The notes beneath the pieces were generated by a model. The model had not been told where the DNA came from. It made no database searches and saw nothing but the letters and a program-made list of their open reading frames with translations. Below are positions 10,067-20,437 of a stretch of DNA of 64,000 bases, one piece after another. Both the position numbers and the translations under genes were made by a program. Position 1 is the stretch's first letter. Each line of letters begins with the position of its first letter. Source of the stretch: an uncultured Clostridia bacterium (GTDB taxonomy: Bacteria > Bacillota > Clostridia > TANB77 > CAG-508); NCBI GenBank assembly GCA_934157205.1, contig CAKPHJ010000003.1, positions 2,624 to 66,623 on the forward strand, written 5' to 3'.

Positions 10067-10306
10067 ATGGAAGAAATGCAATATGATGATATTGATGTAT
10101 TAACTGACGTTATTATTGAAGCGCTTGGTAAGAACGCTCTGGACCTAACAACAGTGGAAACTCTTGTGCTAAAGATGAGATTCGGACTTCTTTCGAATAA
10201 ACAGAAAGAAGATGTCGCATCAATATTGCACCTAACAAATGAAAAAACAAAAGAAATAGAGCTAGAAGCTATGTACAAAATAATACAAAACTATATGAAA
10301 AAATAA
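10067..10306 (+). CDS. paralogous small protein with only a sigma-70 region 4 helix-turn-helix
   Basis: 79 aa with an AAAGGAG ribosome-binding site. LVLKMRFGLLSNKQKEDVASILHLTNEKTKEIELEAMYKI is region-4-like. It is diverged from the first paralog even though both share the same flanking regulatory shell. Confidence 0.65.
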   Translation: MEEMQYDDIDVLTDVIIEALGKNALDLTTVETLVLKMRFGLLSNKQKEDVASILHLTNEKTKEIELEAMYKIIQNYMKK

Positions 10307-10314
10307 CTTCTTCT

Positions 10315-10360
10315 TCCCCTGGAATGTATATTATACATTCCAGGGGTTTTTATATTTTAA
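10315..10360 (+). terminator. rho-independent terminator (copy B)
   Basis: CCCCTGGAATGTATATTATACATTCCAGGGG plus a T-tract, nearly identical to copy A. Confidence 0.7.
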
Positions 10361-10401
10361 AAAAAGTCAATAAAAGCCATTCAAACGAATGGCTTTACGC
10401 G

Positions 10402-11838
10402 TTATATTCTAATAACACCACTTATTAATTTGTTATCTTCTTCAGATGATAACCATTTTTCTCCACCTTGAATTACAACTGTATCTCCTGTTTCAAGAAT
10501 ATCTTTATTTTTTAATTTTTCAATTCCTGCTTCTATTGTTTTTGTAACATTTTCAGTAAAGTTTACTAATATTGGTGTAACATTCCATGCTAAAGCTAAT
10601 TGACGGAAAGTTCTTTTATTATCTGTTATTGCTAAAATTGGGCATGCAGCTCCTAATCCTGATAAACGTCTTGCTGTATTACCTGTTTTTGTATAGCAAA
10701 CTATTGCGTCTGCATTTAAAACTTTAGCAGATACACATGCTGAATAAGCAAGTTTATCTTCAAATGTGTCTAATTTTGCATCTTTGTTTTCATCAAATCT
10801 TTTCCAGTAATCAATTTCTGGTTCTACTCTATTTGCTATTTTTACCATTGTTTTTACACATTCAACTGGATAGTCACCCATAGCACATTCTCCAGAAAGC
10901 ATTACTGCACTTGTTCTATCATATACAGCATTTGCAACATCTGATACTTCTGCTCTTGTTGGTAATGGTTGATGTGTCATTGATTCTAACATTTGTGTTG
11001 CTGTTATTGCTGGTTTATCAGCTCTGTTTGATAATTTTATAAGTTTCTTTTGCATTACAGGTGGTTCTGTAAAGTCTGTTTCTGTAGCCATGTCTCCACG
11101 TGCTATCATTTGGGCATCAGCTAAATTTACTATTGTTTCCATGTTTGATAGACCTTCTACATTTTCTACTTTTGTTATTATTTGAATGTCTTTTCCACCA
11201 TTTTCATCAAGTACTTTTCTTACTTGTTTTATATCGTCTGCATTTCTAGCAAATGATATTGCAACAAAGTCGTATTCATGTTCACATGCTGTTTTTAAGT
11301 CTGCATAGTCTTTTTCAGCAAGTCCTGGTAATCTAATTATTGTTCCAGGTAAATTCATTGTTTTTCTACTTCCTAATCCATTTCCATGAACTACTGTTGT
11401 AACAATGTCTTTTCCTACTATTTCATCTACTTTTAATTCTATAGCTCCATCATCTATTAATATTTTTGTTCCTGGTTTTACATCTTTGTATAGTTCTTTA
11501 TATGATACTGATACTTTTTCTTCATCTCCAGTGATATCTTCATTTACTAATGTAAATTTTTGTCCATCTTTTAATTGTATTTTAGTGTTTTTTCCTGTGT
11601 AAAGCATTCCTGTTCTTATTTCTGGACCTTTCATATCTAGTATCATTGGGATAGGTAATTCTTTTTCTTCTCTCATTTTTATTATTGTTTCAGATTTTTC
11701 TGCTTGTTCATCCCAACTTCCATGTGAATAATTTATTCTGCATACATTTAATCCTGCTTCAAATAATTCTTCTAGTCTGTTTTCACTAGCTGGTCCTATT
11801 GTTCCTACGATTTTTGTTTTTCTTAAAACTTTTTTCAT
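10402..11838 (-). CDS. pyk: pyruvate kinase
   Basis: 478 aa: KIVGTIGPAS...MILDMKGPEIRTG...MIARGDMA..., canonical pyruvate kinase. Confidence 0.95.
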   Translation of the reverse strand: MKKVLRKTKIVGTIGPASENRLEELFEAGLNVCRINYSHGSWDEQAEKSETIIKMREEKELPIPMILDMKGPEIRTGMLYTGKNTKIQLKDGQKFTLVNEDITGDEEKVSVSYKELYKDVKPGTKILIDDGAIELKVDEIVGKDIVTTVVHGNGLGSRKTMNLPGTIIRLPGLAEKDYADLKTACEHEYDFVAISFARNADDIKQVRKVLDENGGKDIQIITKVENVEGLSNMETIVNLADAQMIARGDMATETDFTEPPVMQKKLIKLSNRADKPAITATQMLESMTHQPLPTRAEVSDVANAVYDRTSAVMLSGECAMGDYPVECVKTMVKIANRVEPEIDYWKRFDENKDAKLDTFEDKLAYSACVSAKVLNADAIVCYTKTGNTARRLSGLGAACPILAITDNKRTFRQLALAWNVTPILVNFTENVTKTIEAGIEKLKNKDILETGDTVVIQGGEKWLSSEEDNKLISGVIRI

Positions 11839-11907
11839 TTTTTTATTCCTCCCTTATCTATAAAACCAATGTCAATTATATATCTTTTTATAGTTTGTGT
11901 CAATATT

Positions 11908-12633
11908 TTATGAAAAATTCAAAATTGAATGTAATATGGTTCCGTCTTCATTATATATTGCAACAACATTGCTTTTATCTTCGAGTTTAGCATATTTGCA
12001 TCTGACTTTTTCACCTAATTTTATTTGTTTTTTGTATTGTATTCTTACATGGTCAAATGGTCTTTGCTTGTATATTTCTTCTGGTAATGCTTCATATGCT
12101 AAATACAGATAATTTAAATTATGCATATGTCCAATAATATCTATGTCTCTCCTTTGAACTGTATATAATATTTCTGATTCATAATTTTTAGGTTCTTTTA
12201 TTTTTTCAAGTTCGTTTTTAAAAACTTTTTTTGTTAATTCAGATTGATATTTGTTTGCCATTTCTTCAGAAACTCTAGCTATTTTTTTAGTTTTACTGTT
12301 TACTAATAACCACTTTGAAGTTGCTATTACACATAAATTTGAGTTTTCATCGTATATTTCAAAGTCACGATATGCATAAAATTTTTCTACTTTTCTAGAC
12401 CATGTGTGTATATCTAAAATGTGCCCATATTTTGGTCGTTTTATTACCTCTAATTTCCAGTCAAGTAACAACCAATTTATATTTGTTTCGCTAGTGTTAT
12501 TTATACCATATCCTACACTATCTGAATGATATTCTGCTATATTTTCTAAATATTCTAAAATTGCTATATTGCTTACTTCTTCGCCTGCCCATACATCTTT
12601 TAGTCCTATTTTAAATTTTTCCTTGTATATCAT
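11908..12633 (-). CDS. acyl-[acyl-carrier-protein] thioesterase
   Basis: 241 aa with two hotdog domains (INWLLLDW...HTWS, IDIIGHMHNLNYL), the FatA/B-like acyl-ACP thioesterase family. Confidence 0.8.
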   Translation of the reverse strand: MIYKEKFKIGLKDVWAGEEVSNIAILEYLENIAEYHSDSVGYGINNTSETNINWLLLDWKLEVIKRPKYGHILDIHTWSRKVEKFYAYRDFEIYDENSNLCVIATSKWLLVNSKTKKIARVSEEMANKYQSELTKKVFKNELEKIKEPKNYESEILYTVQRRDIDIIGHMHNLNYLYLAYEALPEEIYKQRPFDHVRIQYKKQIKLGEKVRCKYAKLEDKSNVVAIYNEDGTILHSILNFS

Positions 12634-12655
12634 CTTAACTGCTTCCCTCTTTTTA

Positions 12656-13963
12656 TTAATATCCTGGTTTTTCTAATAATTTAAACATATTTTTCTTGTA
12701 TTCTTCAACCCCTGGTTGATTAAATGGGTTTACTCCTAAAATACTTCCAGACATTGCACATGCTTTTTCAAAGAAATATATAAGTTCTCCTAAATTTAGC
12801 TCGTCCAATTTTTCCATTGAAATAATAATATTTGGAACACCCCCTGATACGTGTGCTTGTATTGTACCTTCCATAGCTTTTTTATTAACATAGTCTAAAT
12901 TTTTTCCAGCTAAATAGTTTAAACCGTCTAAATTGTCATCATCTGCATTTATTTTTATGTCAGAGTTTGGCTTATTTATTTTTATTACAGTTTCAAATAA
13001 ATTTCTTTTTCCATCTTGTATATATTGTCCCATTGAATGTAAATCTGTTGTGAAATCTACACCTGCTGGAAATATTCCTTTTTGTTCTTTTCCTTCGCTT
13101 TCTCCAAATAATTGTTTCCACCATTCAGTAAAATAATGCATTTTTGGTTCATAATTTACTAATATTTCTGTGTCTTTATATAATTTATATAATATGTTTC
13201 TTATAACTGCATATTGGTAACATTGATTATATTTTACGTCTGGATCATCATATCTTTTTTGTGCTATTTGAGCACCTTCCATAAGTTTGTCTATATTTAT
13301 GCCAGCTGTTGCTATTGGTAATAAACCAACAGCTGTTAAAACTGAATATCTTCCTCCTACATTGTTTGGAACAACAAAACTTTCATATCCTTCGTTATTT
13401 GCAAGTGTTTTTAATGCTCCTTTTTCTTTATCTGTTGTTGCATATATTCTGCTTCTTGCTTCATCTATGCCATATTTGTTTTCTAGTATTTCTCTAAAAA
13501 TTCTGAAGGCAATAGCAGGTTCTGTTGTTGTTCCAGATTTTGAAATAACATTTACAGAAAAATCTTTATCTCCAATATATTCTATAATTTCATTTATATA
13601 ATTTGGACTTAAATTGTTTCCTACATATAAAATTTGTGGATATTTTCTTTGTTCTTCTGGAAGCATATTATAGAAAGAACTAGTTAATGATTCAATAACT
13701 GCTCTTGCTCCTAAATATGAACCTCCTATTCCTATTACTACTAAAATATCTGATTCATTTCTTATTTTTTCTGCTGATTTTTTTATTCTTTCAAATTCTT
13801 CTTTGTCATAATTTGTTGGTAATTCAAGCCAACCTACAAAGTCCTTTTGGTCATTTGCTCTTCTATGTAAGTCTTTATGTATGTTTTCTACTTGTTGTTT
13901 GTATTCTAAAATACTTTTTTTTGTAATACTTGAGTGTGTTAAATCTAAATCAATTTCAGCCAT
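12656..13963 (-). CDS. pgi: glucose-6-phosphate isomerase
   Basis: 435 aa, the Gram-positive-type PGI: ...[15 protein letters not shown]...[14 protein letters not shown]... Confidence 0.9.
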   Translation of the reverse strand: MAEIDLDLTHSSITKKSILEYKQQVENIHKDLHRRANDQKDFVGWLELPTNYDKEEFERIKKSAEKIRNESDILVVIGIGGSYLGARAVIESLTSSFYNMLPEEQRKYPQILYVGNNLSPNYINEIIEYIGDKDFSVNVISKSGTTTEPAIAFRIFREILENKYGIDEARSRIYATTDKEKGALKTLANNEGYESFVVPNNVGGRYSVLTAVGLLPIATAGINIDKLMEGAQIAQKRYDDPDVKYNQCYQYAVIRNILYKLYKDTEILVNYEPKMHYFTEWWKQLFGESEGKEQKGIFPAGVDFTTDLHSMGQYIQDGKRNLFETVIKINKPNSDIKINADDDNLDGLNYLAGKNLDYVNKKAMEGTIQAHVSGGVPNIIISMEKLDELNLGELIYFFEKACAMSGSILGVNPFNQPGVEEYKKNMFKLLEKPGY

Positions 13964-14031
13964 AATAAATTCATTCCTTTCACTTGAATTTTATATGGCT
14001 ATTATATACAATATTTAATTATATTTCAAGG

Positions 14032-15238
14032 TTATTTTACTACTTCATTTATAACTTTTGACAAATATTTCATACTTGTTAAACATTGTTCTAAAGTATT
14101 TCCTGTTGCACCAATTTCAATAATATTGGCATATTTACCTGTATGTTGGTTATATCTTGAATTTGTAAGCATAATTGGTTTAAAAAGTCCTGGATATAAT
14201 TCCTCTGCTTTTTCTTGTATTTTTATTGCAAATTTAAGATTTTGATTCCAATTCGGATGCCACAATCCACCTCCATTTGTGCCTATAACAAACATAATTT
14301 GTGCAGCTATATCTTCATCTCCTATTTTTACACATGGTGCATAATCACTTCTAGACCCGTACTGCATCTCTATGAACATCAAAAATAATGTCAGAAGGCG
14401 TTGTTTTCAAAATATTTTCAACTGTCGCTAATGACCTCGTATAAGAACCATTATATGATGGATAATCATGATATTCTCTACTATGTACAACATTATATCC
14501 ATATTGTTTTAAATAATTTTCTAATTCATCTCCTACTCTTACAACCGAAAAATTTAAATCTGTTGTTCTAAATGTTCCAGTTGGTGTATATGGATATTTT
14601 TCGCTTGATGTATAACTTTCACAACTATGTGTATGAAATAAAACTATATTTTTATTTTCTATAGTAATATCAGGTGTTAACATTTCTTTTGTTAATTCAT
14701 ACTTTGTTTGATTTTTTATTTTTACGCTTCCATATTCGACATTATAATTTTCTGATATAGGATTATTTGTTACTACTTCTGTTTTTTCGCCAATATTAGC
14801 CATTTGTAGGTTTTGTTCTTCTTTTGTTGTTTCATTATTATTTAAACTTGTATTAGAGTTTTCGTTTTCATTTGTATTATTTTCCTCTTTTGCAATTTTT
14901 TTATTTTCACTTTCTTGTTCAACACTTTTTATAAAACTCATTTGCGTTTTTAATATTTCTTTAAAATTATTTTCCTCTTCAGATACATCTTTTTCGTTTG
15001 ATATATTTCTATATTCTTGGTTTACATTAGAAATAATTGGAATTGTTTTGTCTATAGAACTAATTAAAGTTTTTTCAGACAAAGAACTAATTTCATTTTT
15101 TATTCCATTTAGTATTTGTTTTTCTTGCTCTTTTTTAGAAAATGTTTTACTTATTGTTATAACTATTAATATTGTTATTGCTATTCCTAAAAAGCTTTTA
15201 ACTATATCTTTCATTTTTAATATAGTAACATTAAACAT
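14032..15238 (-). pseudogene. spoIIP: stage II sporulation protein P, frameshifted
   Basis: The N-terminal ORF 14351..15238 and C-terminal ORF 14032..14382 are both SpoIIP-like and overlap. One extra C in GTA^C^GGG (plus-strand position ~14359) separates the two frames. Confidence 0.75.
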
Positions 15239-15311
15239 ATTAAGATTTCATTCCTCTCTTTTTACCTATATCTTGTCTCATATTTATTTATATTCAAAAT
15301 GCTAAAAAAAT

Positions 15312-15352
15312 AGAACAAATAAGATAAATTTTAAATTTTTCTTATTTGTTCT
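15312..15352 (-). terminator. rho-independent terminator hairpin downstream of glmM, member of a repeat family
   Basis: AGAACAAATAAG...CTTATTTGTTCT stem. It is about 90% identical to the hairpin at 48422..48462. Confidence 0.5.
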
Positions 15353-15359
15353 AAAGTAT

Positions 15360-16724
15360 TTATTTTAATTTTTTAGATATTAAATCCGCTATTTCTTGTG
15401 CTTTTTTTGTTATATATTCTTGATCTTCTCCTTCTATCATAACCCTTACTAAAGGCTCTGTTCCTGAAGGTCTTATTAAAACTCTACCATTTCCTGCAAA
15501 TTCTTTTTCAAGTTTTTCAATTGCATTTTTAATTTCTTTGTCATTATTGTATTCATATTTCTTTTCTGAATTTACTTTAGCGTTAATTAAAACTTGTGGA
15601 TAAAGTTTAACTATTTTGCCAAGTTCTGACGCTTTTTTCTTTTCTTCTAATATTGTTTGAATAAGCATTAAAGATGTTAAAATTCCATCTCCTGTAGGAT
15701 TGTAATCTAGTAATATAACATGACCAGATTGCTCTCCTCCAAGATTATAGCCATTTTTTAACATTTCTTCTAATACATATCTGTCTCCAACTTTTGTTTG
15801 AATTAAGTTTAGGTTGTTATTTTCAGCATATTTATTTAATCCTAAATTGCTCATAACTGTTGCAACAATTGTATCTTTTTTTAGTTTTCCTTTTTTTCTT
15901 AAATTTCTTGAAATTATAGCTATAATTTTATCTCCGTCAATTTCTTCTCCATTTTCATCTACAGCTAAACATCTATCTCCATCACCATCATATGCAATTC
16001 CTAAGCTTAATTTATTTTTTATAACAAAATCTTTTAGACCTTCTAAATGTGTTGAACCACAATTTTCATTTATATTTATACCATTTGGGTGGTTATTTAT
16101 AATTTTATATTTTATGCCTAAAGTTTTAAATACTTTTTCTGCAATTACAGATGTAGCTCCATTTGCAGTATCTAAACCAACTACAAAATTTTCGTCCATA
16201 TTTTTTTCTATGTTGTCATCAAAGTTTTTCCTAAAAAAGTATACATATTCTTCTATTAAATCTAAGCAATATTCTGAAACTCCTATTTTTTCATTTACTG
16301 CTGTTAATTCATCTAATTTACCAGATTCCATAACTTCTTCTATTTCTTCTTCTAATGAATCTGGAATTTTTGTTCCTTTATTACTAAAATATTTTATTCC
16401 ATTAAATTCATATGTATTATGTGAAGCAGAAATAACAACACTTGCATCTGCATTTAATTTTCTTGTTAAATATGCAACTGCTGGTGTTGGTATAACACCT
16501 AATAATTTAACATTAGCTCCATAACTTAAAAAACCTGCAACCATAGCACTTTCAATTAATGTTCCAGAAATACGTGTATCTCTACCTATTAAAATTGTTG
16601 GTGTATGATCTGTATGTTTTGACAAAACATAAGCTCCTGCTTTTGCTACTTTATATACTAATTCTGGTGATAATTCTGTATTTGCAATTCTTCTAATTCC
16701 ATCTGTTCCAAAATATTTTCTCAT
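15360..16724 (-). CDS. glmM: phosphoglucosamine mutase
   Basis: 454 aa: MRKYFGTDGIRR...ISASHNTYEFNGIK..., canonical GlmM. Confidence 0.95.
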   Translation of the reverse strand: MRKYFGTDGIRRIANTELSPELVYKVAKAGAYVLSKHTDHTPTILIGRDTRISGTLIESAMVAGFLSYGANVKLLGVIPTPAVAYLTRKLNADASVVISASHNTYEFNGIKYFSNKGTKIPDSLEEEIEEVMESGKLDELTAVNEKIGVSEYCLDLIEEYVYFFRKNFDDNIEKNMDENFVVGLDTANGATSVIAEKVFKTLGIKYKIINNHPNGININENCGSTHLEGLKDFVIKNKLSLGIAYDGDGDRCLAVDENGEEIDGDKIIAIISRNLRKKGKLKKDTIVATVMSNLGLNKYAENNNLNLIQTKVGDRYVLEEMLKNGYNLGGEQSGHVILLDYNPTGDGILTSLMLIQTILEEKKKASELGKIVKLYPQVLINAKVNSEKKYEYNNDKEIKNAIEKLEKEFAGNGRVLIRPSGTEPLVRVMIEGEDQEYITKKAQEIADLISKKLK

Positions 16725-16758
16725 AATTTACTTCCTTCTTTCTTAGTTTACACTAATT

Positions 16759-17541
16759 TTATTTCATAAAATTAATTAGAATCTTTTCTTTTAAAGATAA
16801 TTCAACAGGATGTGGCTCAGATATTTCTATTTTTTTGTTTTTTATAGCCAATTCTGGATTTTTAGTTGTAAGTTCATATACCTTTTCTTCACCAATTAAA
16901 TCTGTTAATTCATCTAAAATTTCTGGTATTCTATTATAAATTGTGTTTGGTCTATGTACATCTGTTCCAAGAAAATGTATCATGTTGCTTTCATAGAATT
17001 TTTTTACTATCATTTGTGCTTTTTTTCCATATTGACCTATAATACTTCCATAATTTGCTTGCATAAGTATTCCTCTTTGTATAAGATCATAAATAAGCTC
17101 TGGTTCTTTTTGTACAAAAGTGTATCTTTCAGGGTGTGCTAAAATTGGAACCAATTTGCATTGTATCATCTCATATGTTATGTCATATAAGTTAAGTGGT
17201 TCAGCATTTAATGGCATTTCGAAAAGCACATATGATGTATTATTTATTGTTGATGCTTTTCCTTCTTCAAGTAGTTTTATTATATTATCTGTCATATAAA
17301 TTTCGTTTCCTACGTATAATTTTATATCTATATTTTTCGCTTGTAAATTTTCACATATAGCCTTTAACCATACTTCTCTTTCTGGTGTATCTGTTTCATA
17401 ATAATTTTCCATATAATGTGATGTTGTTACTATTTGGGCAAATCCTGCTTTTTTTGCTTCTTTTATTAAAGTAAATGTTTCGTCAATATTTCTAGCCCCA
17501 TCATCTATGTTTGGTAATATATGTGTATGAAAGTCTATCAT
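16759..17541 (-). CDS. cpsB: capsular polysaccharide tyrosine-protein phosphatase (PHP family, CpsB/YwqE-like)
   Basis: 260 aa: MIDFHTHILPNIDDGA...TSHY...GTDVH..., the metal-dependent PHP phosphatase of cps loci. Confidence 0.85.
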   Translation of the reverse strand: MIDFHTHILPNIDDGARNIDETFTLIKEAKKAGFAQIVTTSHYMENYYETDTPEREVWLKAICENLQAKNIDIKLYVGNEIYMTDNIIKLLEEGKASTINNTSYVLFEMPLNAEPLNLYDITYEMIQCKLVPILAHPERYTFVQKEPELIYDLIQRGILMQANYGSIIGQYGKKAQMIVKKFYESNMIHFLGTDVHRPNTIYNRIPEILDELTDLIGEEKVYELTTKNPELAIKNKKIEISEPHPVELSLKEKILINFMK

Positions 17542-17605
17542 TTTTTGTTTTGCTCCTTCTATTGTATTAAATATATTTTATTTATGCTACATTATATATT
17601 TAAAA

Positions 17606-18757
17606 TTATTTTAAATTTTTCTTTTCGTTTTCTAAATATTCGTTTATCTGTTTCAAAATATTATTTGTTTTTTCCAATGTTGTGTCTGCGACATTATTTT
17701 GCTTGTCTTGTAAAAACTTTGGCAATTCTTGTTCTTGTGTTGTTTCTGATTTTGTAATACTTTGAAATTCTTGTATATCTTCTGATTTTTCTTTTATTTC
17801 GTCATTTATATTTATATCTGGTATATTTGTAAAATTTTCTATATTTTTTGTTTCATCAAAATTTTCTATATTATCTGTATTGTCTATATTATCTATATTT
17901 TCTGTACTTGATGCTTCTTCTTTATGCTCAATTTCTGTGTTTATTATTTTCTTTCTTCTGTCTTGCTCTACTAAATCTCTTGCTCTTTGAGTATTTCTAT
18001 TTTTGTTTTCTTGATTTATATATTCTTTATTATTTGCTTTATTTCGTTTTCTTTTTTCTGTTTTAGTCATTGAAGTTGATCCATAATAATATGCTTGTTC
18101 ATATTTTTTTACTGAAATTGGTATTTTATTTATAATAATTCCAGAAATTTTGCCTCCAACTTTTTGTATATTATCAATAATTCTATTTAAGTTGTCTTTT
18201 TTTGTTTTATTACTTGTAACTACAATTACTGTAGAATCTACCATTCTTGTCAAAATTAAAGAGTCTGTAACCAATTGAGTTGGTGGTCCATCTAATATTA
18301 TTACATCACATATATTTTTTAAATGTTTTAGTAATTTATTCATATTTTCAGACACAAGTAATTCAGACGGATTTGGTGGAATATTTCCAGCTGGTATTAT
18401 ATATAAGTTTTCAACTTCAGTTTCTTGTATATAATCTGCTAAATTGCTATCTGTTTCGTCTTCTGTATAGCCAGATAAATAATTTGAAAGTCCTGGTTTA
18501 ACTGAAACATTGAAAATTTTATGTTGTCTTCCTTTTCTCATGTCTGCATCTAATAATATAACTTTTTTCCCAGCTTGGGCAAATGTTACAGCTAAATTAG
18601 CAGAAATCCAGCTTTTGCCTTCACCAGCTAGTGTAGAAGTTATTAATATACTTTGTAATTTTTTTTGATTATTCATAAATTGTATATTTGTTCTTAATGT
18701 TCTAAATATTTCAGAAATTGGTGCTTTTGGGTTTTCGTTTGCTACAAGTTCTCTCAT
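17606..18757 (-). CDS. cpsD: tyrosine-protein kinase (BY-kinase, CpsD/YwqD-like) with a long acidic C-terminal extension
   Basis: Walker A TSTLAGEGKSWISANLA, DxD ILLDADMRKG, and a Tyr cluster YEQAYYYGS. It is followed by a ~150-aa low-complexity E/N/K-rich tail. Confidence 0.85.
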   Translation of the reverse strand: MRELVANENPKAPISEIFRTLRTNIQFMNNQKKLQSILITSTLAGEGKSWISANLAVTFAQAGKKVILLDADMRKGRQHKIFNVSVKPGLSNYLSGYTEDETDSNLADYIQETEVENLYIIPAGNIPPNPSELLVSENMNKLLKHLKNICDVIILDGPPTQLVTDSLILTRMVDSTVIVVTSNKTKKDNLNRIIDNIQKVGGKISGIIINKIPISVKKYEQAYYYGSTSMTKTEKRKRNKANNKEYINQENKNRNTQRARDLVEQDRRKKIINTEIEHKEEASSTENIDNIDNTDNIENFDETKNIENFTNIPDININDEIKEKSEDIQEFQSITKSETTQEQELPKFLQDKQNNVADTTLEKTNNILKQINEYLENEKKNLK

Positions 18758-19494
18758 TATTTTCTTCTTCCCCCTTTTCCATTTGTCTTTTGTAAATCTG
18801 TTTCATATATTGGTATTTGAGCAAGCACTGGTATGTTGTATTTTTTTTCAATATCTTCAGCAGTTTTTACTGTTGTGTCTAGCATGTTGCATGCTAAAAC
18901 ATATCCACATGCAACAACAAAACCAATAAATGCAAATATTAATACATCTTTTTTATGATTTATGTTAGCAGGTTCGCTTGCAACCTCTGCTTCGTCTACA
19001 ATTTGAACATTATCTATATTGTATATTTCTTTAACTTTTTCTGTAAAAACTTTAGCAATTTCGTTTGCTATTTGTGCAGAATAAATTGGATTTTCGTTTA
19101 AAACAGTTATTTCAATAAGTTCTGTATCTTTTACAGCACTTACAGTGATATTTTTTCTTAATTTTTCTTCATCTATTTTAAAGCCTAAATTTGAAATTAC
19201 TTGTCTTAAAATGTTTTTACTTTTTACTAATTCACTATATGTAGAAACAAGTTTTGAATTAACTGTAATTTCTGTAGCTGTTATTGTTGTGTTTTCTGAG
19301 CGTTCTGCATTATTTGAAGTTGCTAAAACTAATGTAGTTGAAGAACTATACATTGGTGTTATAAAACCCAATGTATAAACAAAACCTATAATTGTAAATA
19401 TAATTATTATTAAAATTACTGATAATTTTTTTCTCCAAAACACGCTAAATAATTCTTTTAAATCTATTTCTTCCATTTTTAATTCCTTTCCCAA
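18757..19494 (-). CDS. cpsC: capsule chain-length determinant / BY-kinase modulator (Wzz/CpsC/YwqC-like)
   Basis: 245 aa with two transmembrane helices flanking an extracellular domain and a C-terminal basic GKGGRRK. It is coupled to cpsD with a start/stop overlap. Confidence 0.8.
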   Translation of the reverse strand: MGKELKMEEIDLKELFSVFWRKKLSVILIIIIFTIIGFVYTLGFITPMYSSSTTLVLATSNNAERSENTTITATEITVNSKLVSTYSELVKSKNILRQVISNLGFKIDEEKLRKNITVSAVKDTELIEITVLNENPIYSAQIANEIAKVFTEKVKEIYNIDNVQIVDEAEVASEPANINHKKDVLIFAFIGFVVACGYVLACNMLDTTVKTAEDIEKKYNIPVLAQIPIYETDLQKTNGKGGRRK

Positions 19495-19515
19495 AATGAC
19501 ATAATTAAATTATAT

Positions 19516-20385
19516 CTATTTCATATTTTCATTTGTGTTTTCTATTTTTTCTAAACCATATTTTCTAAAATTGTGAATTATATTTGATAATATTATTAAT
19601 ATAACTCCACTTGATACTAAAACAATACCATATGATAATATTTTTTCTAATATTTCGCTTGAAATATTTCTTATAACTTCTGAAATAGCATCATTTAATA
19701 CGGTTATTGTTTGAATTTTAATTTTTGTTTTTGTGAATATATTTATAATTATTAATATTGAACCTGAAATTGCACAAGAAATTCCAATAAATATACCACT
19801 TTTATAAATTCTTTTAAAGTTTAACACAATTAATAAAATAAAATCAAGTGCTATTGCAATTAATATTATTTTTTTTGCAATATTTATATATTTCATTGCT
19901 TTAATATATGTTTCGTTTATTTTATTTTCATAACTAAAATGTGACATTGTATCTGTATATTCGTTGCAAATATGATCAACAAATGTATTTATTGAGTCTT
20001 TCATTGAATTGTTTAGATTTTGTTGATTTAATGTTTGATTTATATTATTGTTAAGCTTATCTTTTATTTCTTGTGTATCAACTTTTTGCTCTACGCCATC
20101 ATATATATTGCTAATTATAATTTGAGTATCTTTTTTTATTTTTTCAATTGTTACAATATTTTCTATTACACTTTCGTCAAGTCCAGATTGATATATATAT
20201 TTTTCAAAATTTGATTTTATGTTTTCGTTTATTTTGTTATAATAATTTGTTTCTTCTAGTTTTGATAAAATATATGTTTCATTTAATACTGTTGTTGTTA
20301 ATATGTTTATTAATAGATATACTGCTACAAGTAATGCTAAAATAACTGCAAATATATATTTTACAATTGCTATTGTTATTTTCAT
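19516..20385 (-). CDS. hypothetical membrane protein
   Basis: 289 aa with an N-terminal transmembrane segment, an extracellular coiled region, and C-terminal transmembrane helices. It is co-directional with the sortase genes. Confidence 0.45.
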   Translation of the reverse strand: MKITIAIVKYIFAVILALLVAVYLLINILTTTVLNETYILSKLEETNYYNKINENIKSNFEKYIYQSGLDESVIENIVTIEKIKKDTQIIISNIYDGVEQKVDTQEIKDKLNNNINQTLNQQNLNNSMKDSINTFVDHICNEYTDTMSHFSYENKINETYIKAMKYINIAKKIILIAIALDFILLIVLNFKRIYKSGIFIGISCAISGSILIIINIFTKTKIKIQTITVLNDAISEVIRNISSEILEKILSYGIVLVSSGVILIILSNIIHNFRKYGLEKIENTNENMK

Positions 20386-20437
20386 TTTTTTATTTCCTTA
20401 TAAATAAATTTAAGTTTTGGGAAAACTTATAAACCAT

